The translations under genes were made by a program, and so were the position numbers. Source: a virus. Taken from it: DNA of 10,020 nucleotides. Numbering within the stretch: position 1 is the stretch's first letter; each line of letters opens with the position of its first letter. A model generated the notes under the pieces. That model was not told where the DNA came from. It did not search any database and saw only the letters and a program-made list of their open reading frames with translations. The DNA lies in IMG/VR virus record IMGVR_UViG_3300010244_000056, positions 1 to 10,020 of that record; one strand, written 5' to 3'. Of the stretch, positions 1-6,685 are shown in pieces.

Positions 1-180
1 GGGATATCCGCACCCCCCCTCTCCGTTATCTCATTTCCCATAATATTCTCACAATTATTTTTTTCGATTCTAATTAGATTCAAAATTTTCTGTCATTAAA
101 TTTTTATTGAACCTATTTAATATTCTTAATAGAACCAACTATGAACAAATGGTAACCTAATAAATTAATTAAAAAACAAA
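1..180. repeat. Left inverted terminal repeat (180 bp)
   Basis: Reverse complement of 1-180 equals 9841-10020 at every position, compared in 10-nt blocks. The match breaks at 181 vs 9840. The end starts GGG, then palindrome GGATATCC (2-9) and a C7 run (13-19). Confidence 0.97.
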
Positions 181-192
181 TACCACAATCTA

Positions 193-221
193 TTGACAAT
201 GGAAATCCAATGGTGTAAGAT
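193..221 (+). promoter_or_regulatory. Candidate sigma70/sigmaA-type early promoter P1
   Basis: Consensus -35 TTGACA (193-198), a 17-nt spacer, then -10 TAAGAT (216-221, 4/6). It lies just inside the left ITR boundary and upstream of the first ORF. Confidence 0.5.
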
Positions 222-252
222 TGAGATATAAATTGAAAGCGAGGTGATGAAA

Positions 253-393
253 ATGATTGGAAAATGGTTAGCAATTAACATAAATGATGGTAGTTATGTT
301 AGGGCTGATGTTCAAATGACTTTGAAAAAGTTCCTTATTGAATCAGGTTTGACAAATGAGTTAGTAAAAAATTATAAGTTATTAAGTATTTAA
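253..393 (+). CDS. Small hypothetical early protein (46 aa; 48 aa if ATG 247 is used)
   Basis: Hand-translated ORF below the track size cutoff: MIGKWLAININDGSYVRADVQMTLKKFLIESGLTNELVKNYKLLSI, stop TAA 391-393. SD GAGGTG (241-246) is 6 nt before ATG 253. It is first downstream of P1. Confidence 0.4.
   Translation: MIGKWLAININDGSYVRADVQMTLKKFLIESGLTNELVKNYKLLSI
349..378 (+). promoter_or_regulatory. Candidate second sigma70/sigmaA-type promoter P2
   Basis: Consensus -35 TTGACA (349-354), an 18-nt spacer, then TATAAG (373-378, 5/6). It is positioned to drive the 422-772 gene and lies in the 3' end of the small ORF. Confidence 0.4.
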
Positions 394-421
394 ATTTTAA
401 CATATTAAAGGTGGTTTAAAC

Positions 422-772
422 ATGGGAATATTAAACAAGTATAATAAAAAACCGTTATTTGAATATGACAACAACAAAAAACGTGAGTTTGCGAAGTTGA
501 GGGATCTTGTTTCAATTGATGGTGTGGGTCAAAAAAATTATGTTGTTCATGCTTTGTTTATTAACAAAAAATCTAGGTTTGGTGAAGAGCCTATCATTGT
601 AACAGAAAATAATATGGTAAATGCACCTAGACATTTACTTGATACAGTTAAAGATATGAGGGAAGATGAAGAAGTTATAAACTTAATTAATAATAGAATG
701 GTCGCTTTTAAAATTTATAGCTATTCGGGTAAAAATGGTGATGGTTATTCAGTTGAATGGATTGAGTTATAA
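422..772 (+). CDS. Hypothetical early protein; tentative replication accessory DNA-binding protein (phi29 gp5 SSB / gp6 analogue)
   Basis: 116-aa ORF with SD AAAGGTGG 6-7 nt before the ATG. Its size, first large position in the early block and C-terminal pattern (MVAFKIYSYSGKNGDGYSVEWIEL) resemble my recollection of the phi29 gp5 C-terminus (FKVKVVQGTSSKGNVFFSLQLSL). The functional call is weak. Confidence 0.55.
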   Translation: MGILNKYNKKPLFEYDNNKKREFAKLRDLVSIDGVGQKNYVVHALFINKKSRFGEEPIIVTENNMVNAPRHLLDTVKDMREDEEVINLINNRMVAFKIYSYSGKNGDGYSVEWIEL

Positions 773-775
773 ATT

Positions 776-801
776 AGTTGGCGGTATAACCGCCAACTTT
801 T
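776..801 (+). terminator. Hairpin / weak intrinsic terminator after the 116-aa gene
   Basis: Perfect 9-bp stem AGTTGGCGG (776-784) / CCGCCAACT (790-798) with a 5-nt loop. Only a short TTT tract follows (799-801). Confidence 0.45.
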
Positions 802-817
802 AAGGGGGTGTGATAAA

Positions 818-1066
818 ATGCACGATACCATATTAAAAGAAGTTGGCATTTATTGTCGATTCTATCGAATGTACGAATTAAATATGACGCTTAGAGATGT
901 ACAAGGTAATGAAAAAATTAAATCATTATCAAGTTTTGAACATGGACATAGTAGCAATATTAAACACTTATTCAAATATTTAATTAAATGTGATAATGAT
1001 ACAGAACGTATTAATTTTTTAATTGGTCTTATAAGACATGTGAGGTCAAACATAAATTGGGAGTGA
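818..1066 (+). CDS. Putative XRE-family helix-turn-helix DNA-binding regulator
   Basis: 82-aa ORF with SD GGGGGTG (804-810). The segment VGIYCRFYRMYELNMTLRDVQGNEKIKSLSSFEHGHSSNIKHLFKYL fits the XRE/Cro-type HTH pattern (R..R...l.T..dv......lS.fE.G.......l.k). Motif-level recognition only. Confidence 0.5.
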   Translation: MHDTILKEVGIYCRFYRMYELNMTLRDVQGNEKIKSLSSFEHGHSSNIKHLFKYLIKCDNDTERINFLIGLIRHVRSNINWE

Positions 1067-1070
1067 TTTA

Positions 1071-1712
1071 ATGGTGAAGGGTATCAAACTAACAGACGAT
1101 CAACCAACCGTAACAAAAACAGTAAAAGAACAAAAAGAGAAAGCTATTCGTGAATATAGAAAAGAGGCTTCAAGGTTAGCAAGTAAAGCAAATAAACGTT
1201 TACAAAGATTAGAACGTAATAAGTTGCAAGATAGTCCAGCATACCAATCAGCTATTGATGGTGGTGAGGTACGCTTTGGTGTTCGTGGGAAAACTCATAA
1301 TGAACTACAATCTGAGGTATCTCGTATGACAAGGTTTTTAGAATCTGAGACATCAACTGTTAGAGGTGCTAACAGAATATTAAAAGAAATGGCAACAAAT
1401 ACAGGTATTAAATATAAAAATTTGAAGGACTTAAAAAAGAACGCAAAAAAATTCTTTGAGTTATCTAGTAAAGTTGAACAATATTTAAGAAACGTTGATG
1501 ATATGGCTTCAGCTATTGGATATGAGAAAATATGGGAGGCTGTTAATGAGTATGTTGAGGAAAATAAAGGTGACCTTTCTTCAAGTACCAACAATATTGA
1601 TAGTGCTGTCAAAAAAATATCTGATGCCATTAAAGAATATGACGATAAAGTTAAATTTGAACCATTAGATAGTGATTTTCCTGATGGTTGGTATAAACTA
1701 CCTAAGAAATGA
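1071..1712 (+). CDS. Candidate terminal protein (replication primer protein)
   Basis: 213-aa ORF immediately upstream of, and apparently coupled to, the protein-primed-type DNA polymerase, as for phi29 gp3/gp2. It has a highly basic N-terminal third (KEQKEKAIREYRKEASRLASKANKRLQRLERNK) and an acidic, Ser/Tyr-containing C-terminal part. SD GGGAGTGA precedes the ATG. The call rests on synteny and composition, not on a recognised motif. Confidence 0.5.
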   Translation: MVKGIKLTDDQPTVTKTVKEQKEKAIREYRKEASRLASKANKRLQRLERNKLQDSPAYQSAIDGGEVRFGVRGKTHNELQSEVSRMTRFLESETSTVRGANRILKEMATNTGIKYKNLKDLKKNAKKFFELSSKVEQYLRNVDDMASAIGYEKIWEAVNEYVEENKGDLSSSTNNIDSAVKKISDAIKEYDDKVKFEPLDSDFPDGWYKLPKK

Positions 1713-1721
1713 TGTGATTAG

Positions 1722-3827
1722 TTGCTTCATTTTAGAGAAAACACCATTAATGAATTATCTTTTCCAACCATTAAAACAAACAAAAAAATAACTTATTTGA
1801 ACACTGAATCAGCTTTTGACATTGAAACAACAAGTACTAAAATTCAGGGTGAAAAAACAGCCTTTATGTATATATGGATGTTTGGATTAGGATTTGGAAA
1901 TAATATTTATTATGGTAGAACATGGGATGATTTTTTAAATTTAATTAAACAATTACAAATCCATTTTAATTTGGGATATTATAAACGTTTGGTTGTCTAT
2001 GTTCATAATTTGGGATATGAGTTTCAATTTATGAGAAAATATTTCAAATGGGAAGAAGTATTTGCAGTTGGGGAAAGAAAACCAATTAAAGCTTTATGCG
2101 AAGAAGGGATTGAGTTCAGGGATAGCTACATTTTAAGTGGTTATTCACTAGGAAAAACAGCCGAAAATTTACAATATAATGAGGTGGAAAAACTGACAGG
2201 GGATTTGGATTATTCCCTAATAAGAACACCTGAAACAGTTATGCAACCACAAGAAATGGCTTATTGCCATAATGACATTGAAATTATACTGGCATATATT
2301 AATGAACAGATACACCAATATAAAGACATAACCAAAATACCACTAACAAACACAGGCAGGGTTAGAAAATATGTTCGTGATAACTGTTATTACACTAATT
2401 CTAACCATAGGAAAAGCAGTAAAGGGAAATACTACAAATACAGAAAATTAATGCAAGATCTGAAGTTGTCCGTCGAAGAATATAAAATGTTAAAACGTGC
2501 TTTTATGGGTGGATTTACACATGCTAATGCTAACCATACAGGTAAGGTTTTAAAAGACGTGTCAAGTATTGATTTTACATCATCATACCCTAGTGTTATG
2601 TTAGCTGAACAATATCCCATGAGTAAAGGGAAACAAATAGATGTTAATAGCATAGATGAACTTGAATATTATTGCCATAAATACTGCTTATTATTCAATA
2701 TACGTTTAACAAATGTTGAAAGCAGTATTTCACAAGAAAACTATATAAGTGAAAGTAAGTGTTTTGAGTTATCTAACCCTATTTTAAATAATGGGCGTGT
2801 GTATAGTGCTAGTTCATTGGCTATGACGATAACAAATGTTGATTTTGACATCATCAAACAATGTTATGATTGGGAAGATATTGAAGTATCCAACGTCATA
2901 CGTTATCATAAGGGTTACCTTCCAAAGTCAATTATATCAAGTATATTAGAACTTTATAAGGATAAGACCGTTTTAAAAGGTGTGGAAGGGTATGAAATTG
3001 AATATTTATTGTCAAAAGGTATGCTTAATAGCGTCTATGGTATGAGTGTAACAGATATAGTGAAAGACAACCATATTTATGATGATAATGAGGGGTGGGA
3101 AGTTGAACCTGTTACCATATCAGATGAAATTGAAAAATATAATGAAAGTAAAAACAGGTTTCTTTATTATCCGTGGGGTGTTTGGGTGACAGCCTATGCA
3201 AGAAAAAATCTCTGGACAGGTATTATAGCATTAGGGAATGATTATGTTTATAGTGATACTGATAGTATTAAAATGATTAATTATAGTGATAATGTTGATT
3301 ATATTGAATGGTATAATAAACAAACTATGAATAAATTAAACCGTATGTGTGATGTTATGAATATAGATAAATCATTACTTGAACCTAAAACAAAAGAGGG
3401 AACTAAAAAGCCTATTGGTGTTTGGGATTTCGAGGGTACTTATAAACGTTTTAAAACATTAGGTGCAAAAAGATATTTGGTACAAGAAAATGATGAACTT
3501 CATTTAACAATAGCAGGATTATCTAAACAAAATGGGATAGAATACATGAAAGAAAAAAGTGGGTTTAATTATGAGAAGGTGTTCGATATGTTTAATGATG
3601 AGTTATATATTCCTGCTGAACGCACAGGGAAAATGACACATACTTATATTGATAATGAACAACAATTCAGGATACAAGATTATCAGGGTAACGATAGTAA
3701 TATCACAACAAAAAGTAGTATCAACTTAGAACCTGCCGATTTTACATTATCAATATCAAGACAATATGGGCGTTTTTTACAATTCTTTTTAAAAGGTTAC
3801 CTATATAAAGGGGTGAACGAAATATGA
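1722..3827 (+). CDS. Family B DNA polymerase, protein-primed (phi29/Cp-1 type)
   Basis: All motifs occur in canonical order. ExoI AFDIETTS (D-I-E at 1818-1826), ExoII YVHNLGYEFQF (from 2004), ExoIII YCHND (2262-2276). Motif A DFTSSYP (2571-2591), motif B KGMLNSVYG (3015-3041), motif C YSDTDS (3249-3266), KxY GAKRY (3468-3476). Long inter-motif segments are compatible with TPR1/TPR2-type insertions. No in-frame ATG exists upstream of ExoI, so the start is TTG 1722. Confidence 0.95.
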   Translation: MLHFRENTINELSFPTIKTNKKITYLNTESAFDIETTSTKIQGEKTAFMYIWMFGLGFGNNIYYGRTWDDFLNLIKQLQIHFNLGYYKRLVVYVHNLGYEFQFMRKYFKWEEVFAVGERKPIKALCEEGIEFRDSYILSGYSLGKTAENLQYNEVEKLTGDLDYSLIRTPETVMQPQEMAYCHNDIEIILAYINEQIHQYKDITKIPLTNTGRVRKYVRDNCYYTNSNHRKSSKGKYYKYRKLMQDLKLSVEEYKMLKRAFMGGFTHANANHTGKVLKDVSSIDFTSSYPSVMLAEQYPMSKGKQIDVNSIDELEYYCHKYCLLFNIRLTNVESSISQENYISESKCFELSNPILNNGRVYSASSLAMTITNVDFDIIKQCYDWEDIEVSNVIRYHKGYLPKSIISSILELYKDKTVLKGVEGYEIEYLLSKGMLNSVYGMSVTDIVKDNHIYDDNEGWEVEPVTISDEIEKYNESKNRFLYYPWGVWVTAYARKNLWTGIIALGNDYVYSDTDSIKMINYSDNVDYIEWYNKQTMNKLNRMCDVMNIDKSLLEPKTKEGTKKPIGVWDFEGTYKRFKTLGAKRYLVQENDELHLTIAGLSKQNGIEYMKEKSGFNYEKVFDMFNDELYIPAERTGKMTHTYIDNEQQFRIQDYQGNDSNITTKSSINLEPADFTLSISRQYGRFLQFFLKGYLYKGVNEI

Positions 3828-4921
3828 GCGATGAAAAACAATTTTATAGTTTAAATCGAATAAAAAAGAAAAATGCGGTTTACAATGTTATATTTGGTGA
3901 ACGGTCAAACGGTAAAACATATGCTGTTTTGAAAGAAGGTTTACGGGTTTTCTGGAAAACAGGTGGTCAAATTGGAATCATAAGAAGATGGAAAGAAGAT
4001 ATTACAGGCAAACGAGCACAAGGAATTTTTAATGCTTTAAATGAAAACGATGAAATTTTGAAAATGACAGATGGGGTTTTTCAGGGAATACATTATTACA
4101 GTGGACGTTATTATTTATGTAATTACACTGAAGATGGTAAAGTTACTTATGAATATGAAAATTGTATAGGCTATGTGTTTGCTTTATCTGATAATGAACG
4201 CAATAAATCTATATCATTTCCTAACATTCAGACAATCTTATTTGATGAGTTCCTAACCAATCAAATATATTTACAAGATGAGTTTATTTTGTTTATGAAT
4301 ACAGTTTCAACAATTGTTAGACAACGAACCGATGTTAAAATATATATGCTAGGAAATACCGTCAATAAATATTGTCCGTATTTTAAAGAAATGGGGTTGC
4401 GACATATACACAAAATGCAAAAGGGGGATATTGATGTTTATAAATATGGAAATAGTAAATTAACGGTGGCAGTTGAGTATTGTAATTCAAGCACAAAAAA
4501 TAAGGAAAACAACTTTTATTTTGCCTTTGACAATCCAAAATTGGATATGATTACGGACGGTGCATGGGAATTAGATATGTATCCCCATATACCAACAAAA
4601 TACCAACCAAAAGACGTGTTAATGATATATTTCATTTTGTTTAATGAGTCCATCTACCAGTGTGAAGTTGTTCAACGAGAAAACATGACATTTACTTTTA
4701 TTCACCCTAAAACAACCCCGTTGAAAGATACTGAAAATGATCTTATATACACACTGGAATATATTCCTAAAATGAATTATAATAGGAATATATATAAACC
4801 TATAAACCAATTACAAGAAAGGTTATTATGGTATTTTAAAACAGATCGTGTGTTTTATTCAGATAATGAAACAGGAGAAGCTATTAATAATTATTTAAAA
4901 GTGTGTAAAGGTGGGGGATAA
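3824..4921 (+). CDS. DNA encapsidation (packaging) ATPase, phi29 gp16-like
   Basis: Walker A GERSNGKT (3896-3919) and Walker B ILFDE (4235-4249). The segments NVIFGERSNGKTYA, FPNIQTILFDEF and IYMLGNTVNKYCPYF parallel my recollection of phi29 gp16 (NFVIGARGIGKSYA, YPNVSTIVFDEF, ICLSNAVSVVNPYF). The start overlaps the polymerase stop (ATGA). SD GGGGTGA. Confidence 0.88.
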   Translation: MSDEKQFYSLNRIKKKNAVYNVIFGERSNGKTYAVLKEGLRVFWKTGGQIGIIRRWKEDITGKRAQGIFNALNENDEILKMTDGVFQGIHYYSGRYYLCNYTEDGKVTYEYENCIGYVFALSDNERNKSISFPNIQTILFDEFLTNQIYLQDEFILFMNTVSTIVRQRTDVKIYMLGNTVNKYCPYFKEMGLRHIHKMQKGDIDVYKYGNSKLTVAVEYCNSSTKNKENNFYFAFDNPKLDMITDGAWELDMYPHIPTKYQPKDVLMIYFILFNESIYQCEVVQRENMTFTFIHPKTTPLKDTENDLIYTLEYIPKMNYNRNIYKPINQLQERLLWYFKTDRVFYSDNETGEAINNYLKVCKGGG

Positions 4922-4922
4922 T

Positions 4923-5105
4923 ATGACAAATGAATTAGTTGATTTAATCGGTAACGTGGGGTTCCCCATTGTGATTTCATTGGTTTTATTTTATCAGCTT
5001 ATGAAAACAAAAGATATGATGATAGAATTTCAAAAAATCATAACTATGAATACAATGACGATTGAAAAATTAATACAAGAACTAGATGAGAAAAAAATGG
5101 AGTGA
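4923..5105 (+). CDS. Small membrane protein, YvrJ-family-like
   Basis: 60 aa from ATG 4923, with SD GGTGGGGG 5 nt upstream; the track's GTG 4911 is less likely. LIGNVGFPIVISLVLFYQL matches the conserved GFPI-containing transmembrane core I associate with the Firmicutes/phage YvrJ family. A charged helical tail follows. It is the only clear TM segment in the genome. Confidence 0.6.
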   Translation: MTNELVDLIGNVGFPIVISLVLFYQLMKTKDMMIEFQKIITMNTMTIEKLIQELDEKKME

Positions 5106-5110
5106 ATAAA

Positions 5111-6130
5111 GTGTATAATTATAAAGATAAAATAAAAAACATTCAACAACGAAATGATTATATGTTGGCTAGAACCCTTTCTATGTTTGAATATGAAAAC
5201 ATGCCTGATAGTATACCACCCCTAGAAGTTGAAAAGCAATTGCAAAAACAGGGATTCACCTTTATAACAGAAATTGAAGGTAAATTATATGCCCTGACAG
5301 GTGGTCTGGGAGGCTATCCTGATGTATACGGGAATCCTACACAAATAATTATTTCAAACCCTTATATAGAATATAATGCAACATTAGATATTAATAATGA
5401 TGGTGTTTTAATAATGAATGATGATATGATGAAAGGGTTAAATCCATTATTTGAACAATATAACACCCTATTAACCGAAAATGAGATATCTATGTATGTT
5501 AATTTATATAATACACGCATTCAAACACTAATCAGCGCAGGTGATGACGCAACTAGAGAAAGTGCTGAGAAATATCTTCAAAAAGTGCAGGAAGGTGAAC
5601 TAGGGGTTATAGGTGAAAATCAATTATTTGATGGCATAAGAGCACAGAACTCATCTGATAAATCAGACCTTACAAATCAATTAGTCGAATTTCATCAATA
5701 CATTAAGGCGTCATTATATAATGAAATTGGTCTTAATTCCAATTACAATATGAAAAGAGAGCGTTTAATTAGTGATGAAGTAAAAATGAATGACAGCTTA
5801 TATCCATTAATTCATAATATGCTTTCAAACAGGAAAAGAGGTATTGAAAAAGTGAATGCTATGTTTAATCACAATATAGATGTTATGTTTGGTTCTATTT
5901 GGAACATTAGAGATGTTGAACCTGAACCAGAACAAGTTGAACCTGAACCAGAACAAGTTGAACCTGAACCAGAACAAGTTGAACCTGAACCAGAACAAGT
6001 TGAACCTGAACCAGAACAAGTTGAACCTGAACCAGAACAAGTTGAACCTGAACCAACAGATGAAGAAATTTCAAACGCTTATGCTATTAATGAACAAAAA
6101 GATGATGAAGAAGGGCGTGATAATTCTTGA
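5111..6130 (+). CDS. Connector / portal (upper collar) protein, phi29 gp10-like, with C-terminal acidic tandem repeat
   Basis: FEYENMPDSIPPLEVEKQLQKQGF and NMKRERLISDEVKMND parallel my recollection of phi29 gp10 ([39 protein letters not shown]). The preferred start is GTG 5111 (SD GGAG 5099-5102, 8-nt spacing). The alternative GTG 5102 overlaps the upstream stop (GTGA). Confidence 0.85.
   Translation: MYNYKDKIKNIQQRNDYMLARTLSMFEYENMPDSIPPLEVEKQLQKQGFTFITEIEGKLYALTGGLGGYPDVYGNPTQIIISNPYIEYNATLDINNDGVLIMNDDMMKGLNPLFEQYNTLLTENEISMYVNLYNTRIQTLISAGDDATRESAEKYLQKVQEGELGVIGENQLFDGIRAQNSSDKSDLTNQLVEFHQYIKASLYNEIGLNSNYNMKRERLISDEVKMNDSLYPLIHNMLSNRKRGIEKVNAMFNHNIDVMFGSIWNIRDVEPEPEQVEPEPEQVEPEPEQVEPEPEQVEPEPEQVEPEPEQVEPEPTDEEISNAYAINEQKDDEEGRDNS
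5915..6055 (+). repeat. Perfect 21-bp tandem repeat, 6 full copies plus 15 nt (GTTGAACCTGAACCAGAACAA)
   Basis: Unit boundaries counted at 5915, 5936, 5957, 5978, 5999, 6020 and 6041, with no mismatch until 6056. It is in frame in the portal gene and encodes (VEPEPEQ)6-VEPEP. Confidence 0.97.
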
Positions 6131-6672
6131 TTTTAAGTGATTTTTTAGAGGGAAAAGAAAACTTATTCAATGTAATAAACACCAAAACAACCCTGCCATT
6201 TTTAAAAGAAAATGATACTGAAACGATTCTACTATCATATAAGTTAGAACATGGCAATTTAAAAGTACCTGAAAAGATAGAAAATTTGACTATTCCAGAA
6301 CTATCAGATATAATTATATTAAATTATGAGGATAAATGGGATAAACAGTATAAAATATTAAGTGAAGAAATTGTTCTGGGAGTTGATCGAAAAACAAAAA
6401 CTGATATTACAGGGACTGATGATACAAACAAAAAAACAAAAACAGATAAAACCAACAAAATAAGTGCCTATAATAGCAATGAATTAATAACAGATGATGG
6501 GTCTGATAGTAATTCAACCGATGATACAAATACAAACACAACAAAAAATAGTGAAAAAACAGAAAAAAGTTTTGAGGGTATGAAAGAACAACTGAAATTG
6601 TTTGATTATAGTTTCTTAAAAAACCATGTTTTTAGAGATGTTAATCATATTTTAACTTTACAAATTTATTAA
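6127..6672 (+). CDS. Hypothetical structural protein; candidate lower collar / tail-tube connector (scaffold role not excluded)
   Basis: 181-aa ORF with no in-frame ATG near the 5' end. TTG 6127 overlaps the portal stop (TTGA). It directly follows the connector gene, as gp11 follows gp10 in phi29. It has helical-looking N- and C-terminal parts around a 60-aa polar Thr/Asp/Asn/Lys-rich core (nt 6388-6567). No motif recognised. Confidence 0.4.
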   Translation: MILSDFLEGKENLFNVINTKTTLPFLKENDTETILLSYKLEHGNLKVPEKIENLTIPELSDIIILNYEDKWDKQYKILSEEIVLGVDRKTKTDITGTDDTNKKTKTDKTNKISAYNSNELITDDGSDSNSTDDTNTNTTKNSEKTEKSFEGMKEQLKLFDYSFLKNHVFRDVNHILTLQIY

Positions 6673-6685
6673 GGAGTTGTTAAGA

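Noticed and set aside
69-78. 10-bp palindrome TCTAATTAGA in the ITR (mirrored at 9943-9952), possible protein-binding site
   Set aside because: Short A/T palindromes are common in AT-rich sequence, there are no repeated copies or flanking conservation to support an operator, and it cannot be evaluated without relatives.
1710-1724. TP-polymerase fusion by stop-codon read-through (same frame)
   Set aside because: It would require suppressing two different stops (TGA and TAG) nine nucleotides apart. A shared frame occurs by chance one time in three. The junction is kept only as a low-interest observation about coupling.
1816-1843. Near-consensus promoter hexamers inside genes: TTGACA-16-TAAAAT at 1816-1843, and other internal TTGACA sites such as those near 8711 and 8985
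   Set aside because: TTGACA at 1816 is the coding sequence of the ExoI motif (F-D-I). The others have poor -10 elements and no downstream gene start. Such matches are expected by chance in AT-rich DNA.
5915-6055. Could the regular 21-bp repeat be a CRISPR array or iteron set?
   Set aside because: The units are directly adjacent with no spacers, sit in frame within a coding sequence, and translate to a coherent heptad peptide repeat. This is not CRISPR architecture, and a replication iteron is unnecessary for an end-initiated, protein-primed replicon.
5825-6140. ORFs 5880..6140 (+) and 5825..6040 (-) encoding (LNLNQNK)n and (FWFRFNL)n
   Set aside because: These are alternative-frame and antisense readings of the 21-bp tandem repeat, and they stay open only because the repeat lacks stops. 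The portal frame is continuous with gp10-like sequence on the upstream side.
4911-6685. Track start codons GTG 4911, GTG 5102 and TTG 6677
   Set aside because: Downstream starts ATG 4923, GTG 5111 and ATG 6686 have properly spaced SD sequences (GGTGGGGG, GGAG, AAGGAG). The upstream codons sit inside or directly against those SDs. The 5102 alternative remains possible through GTGA coupling.
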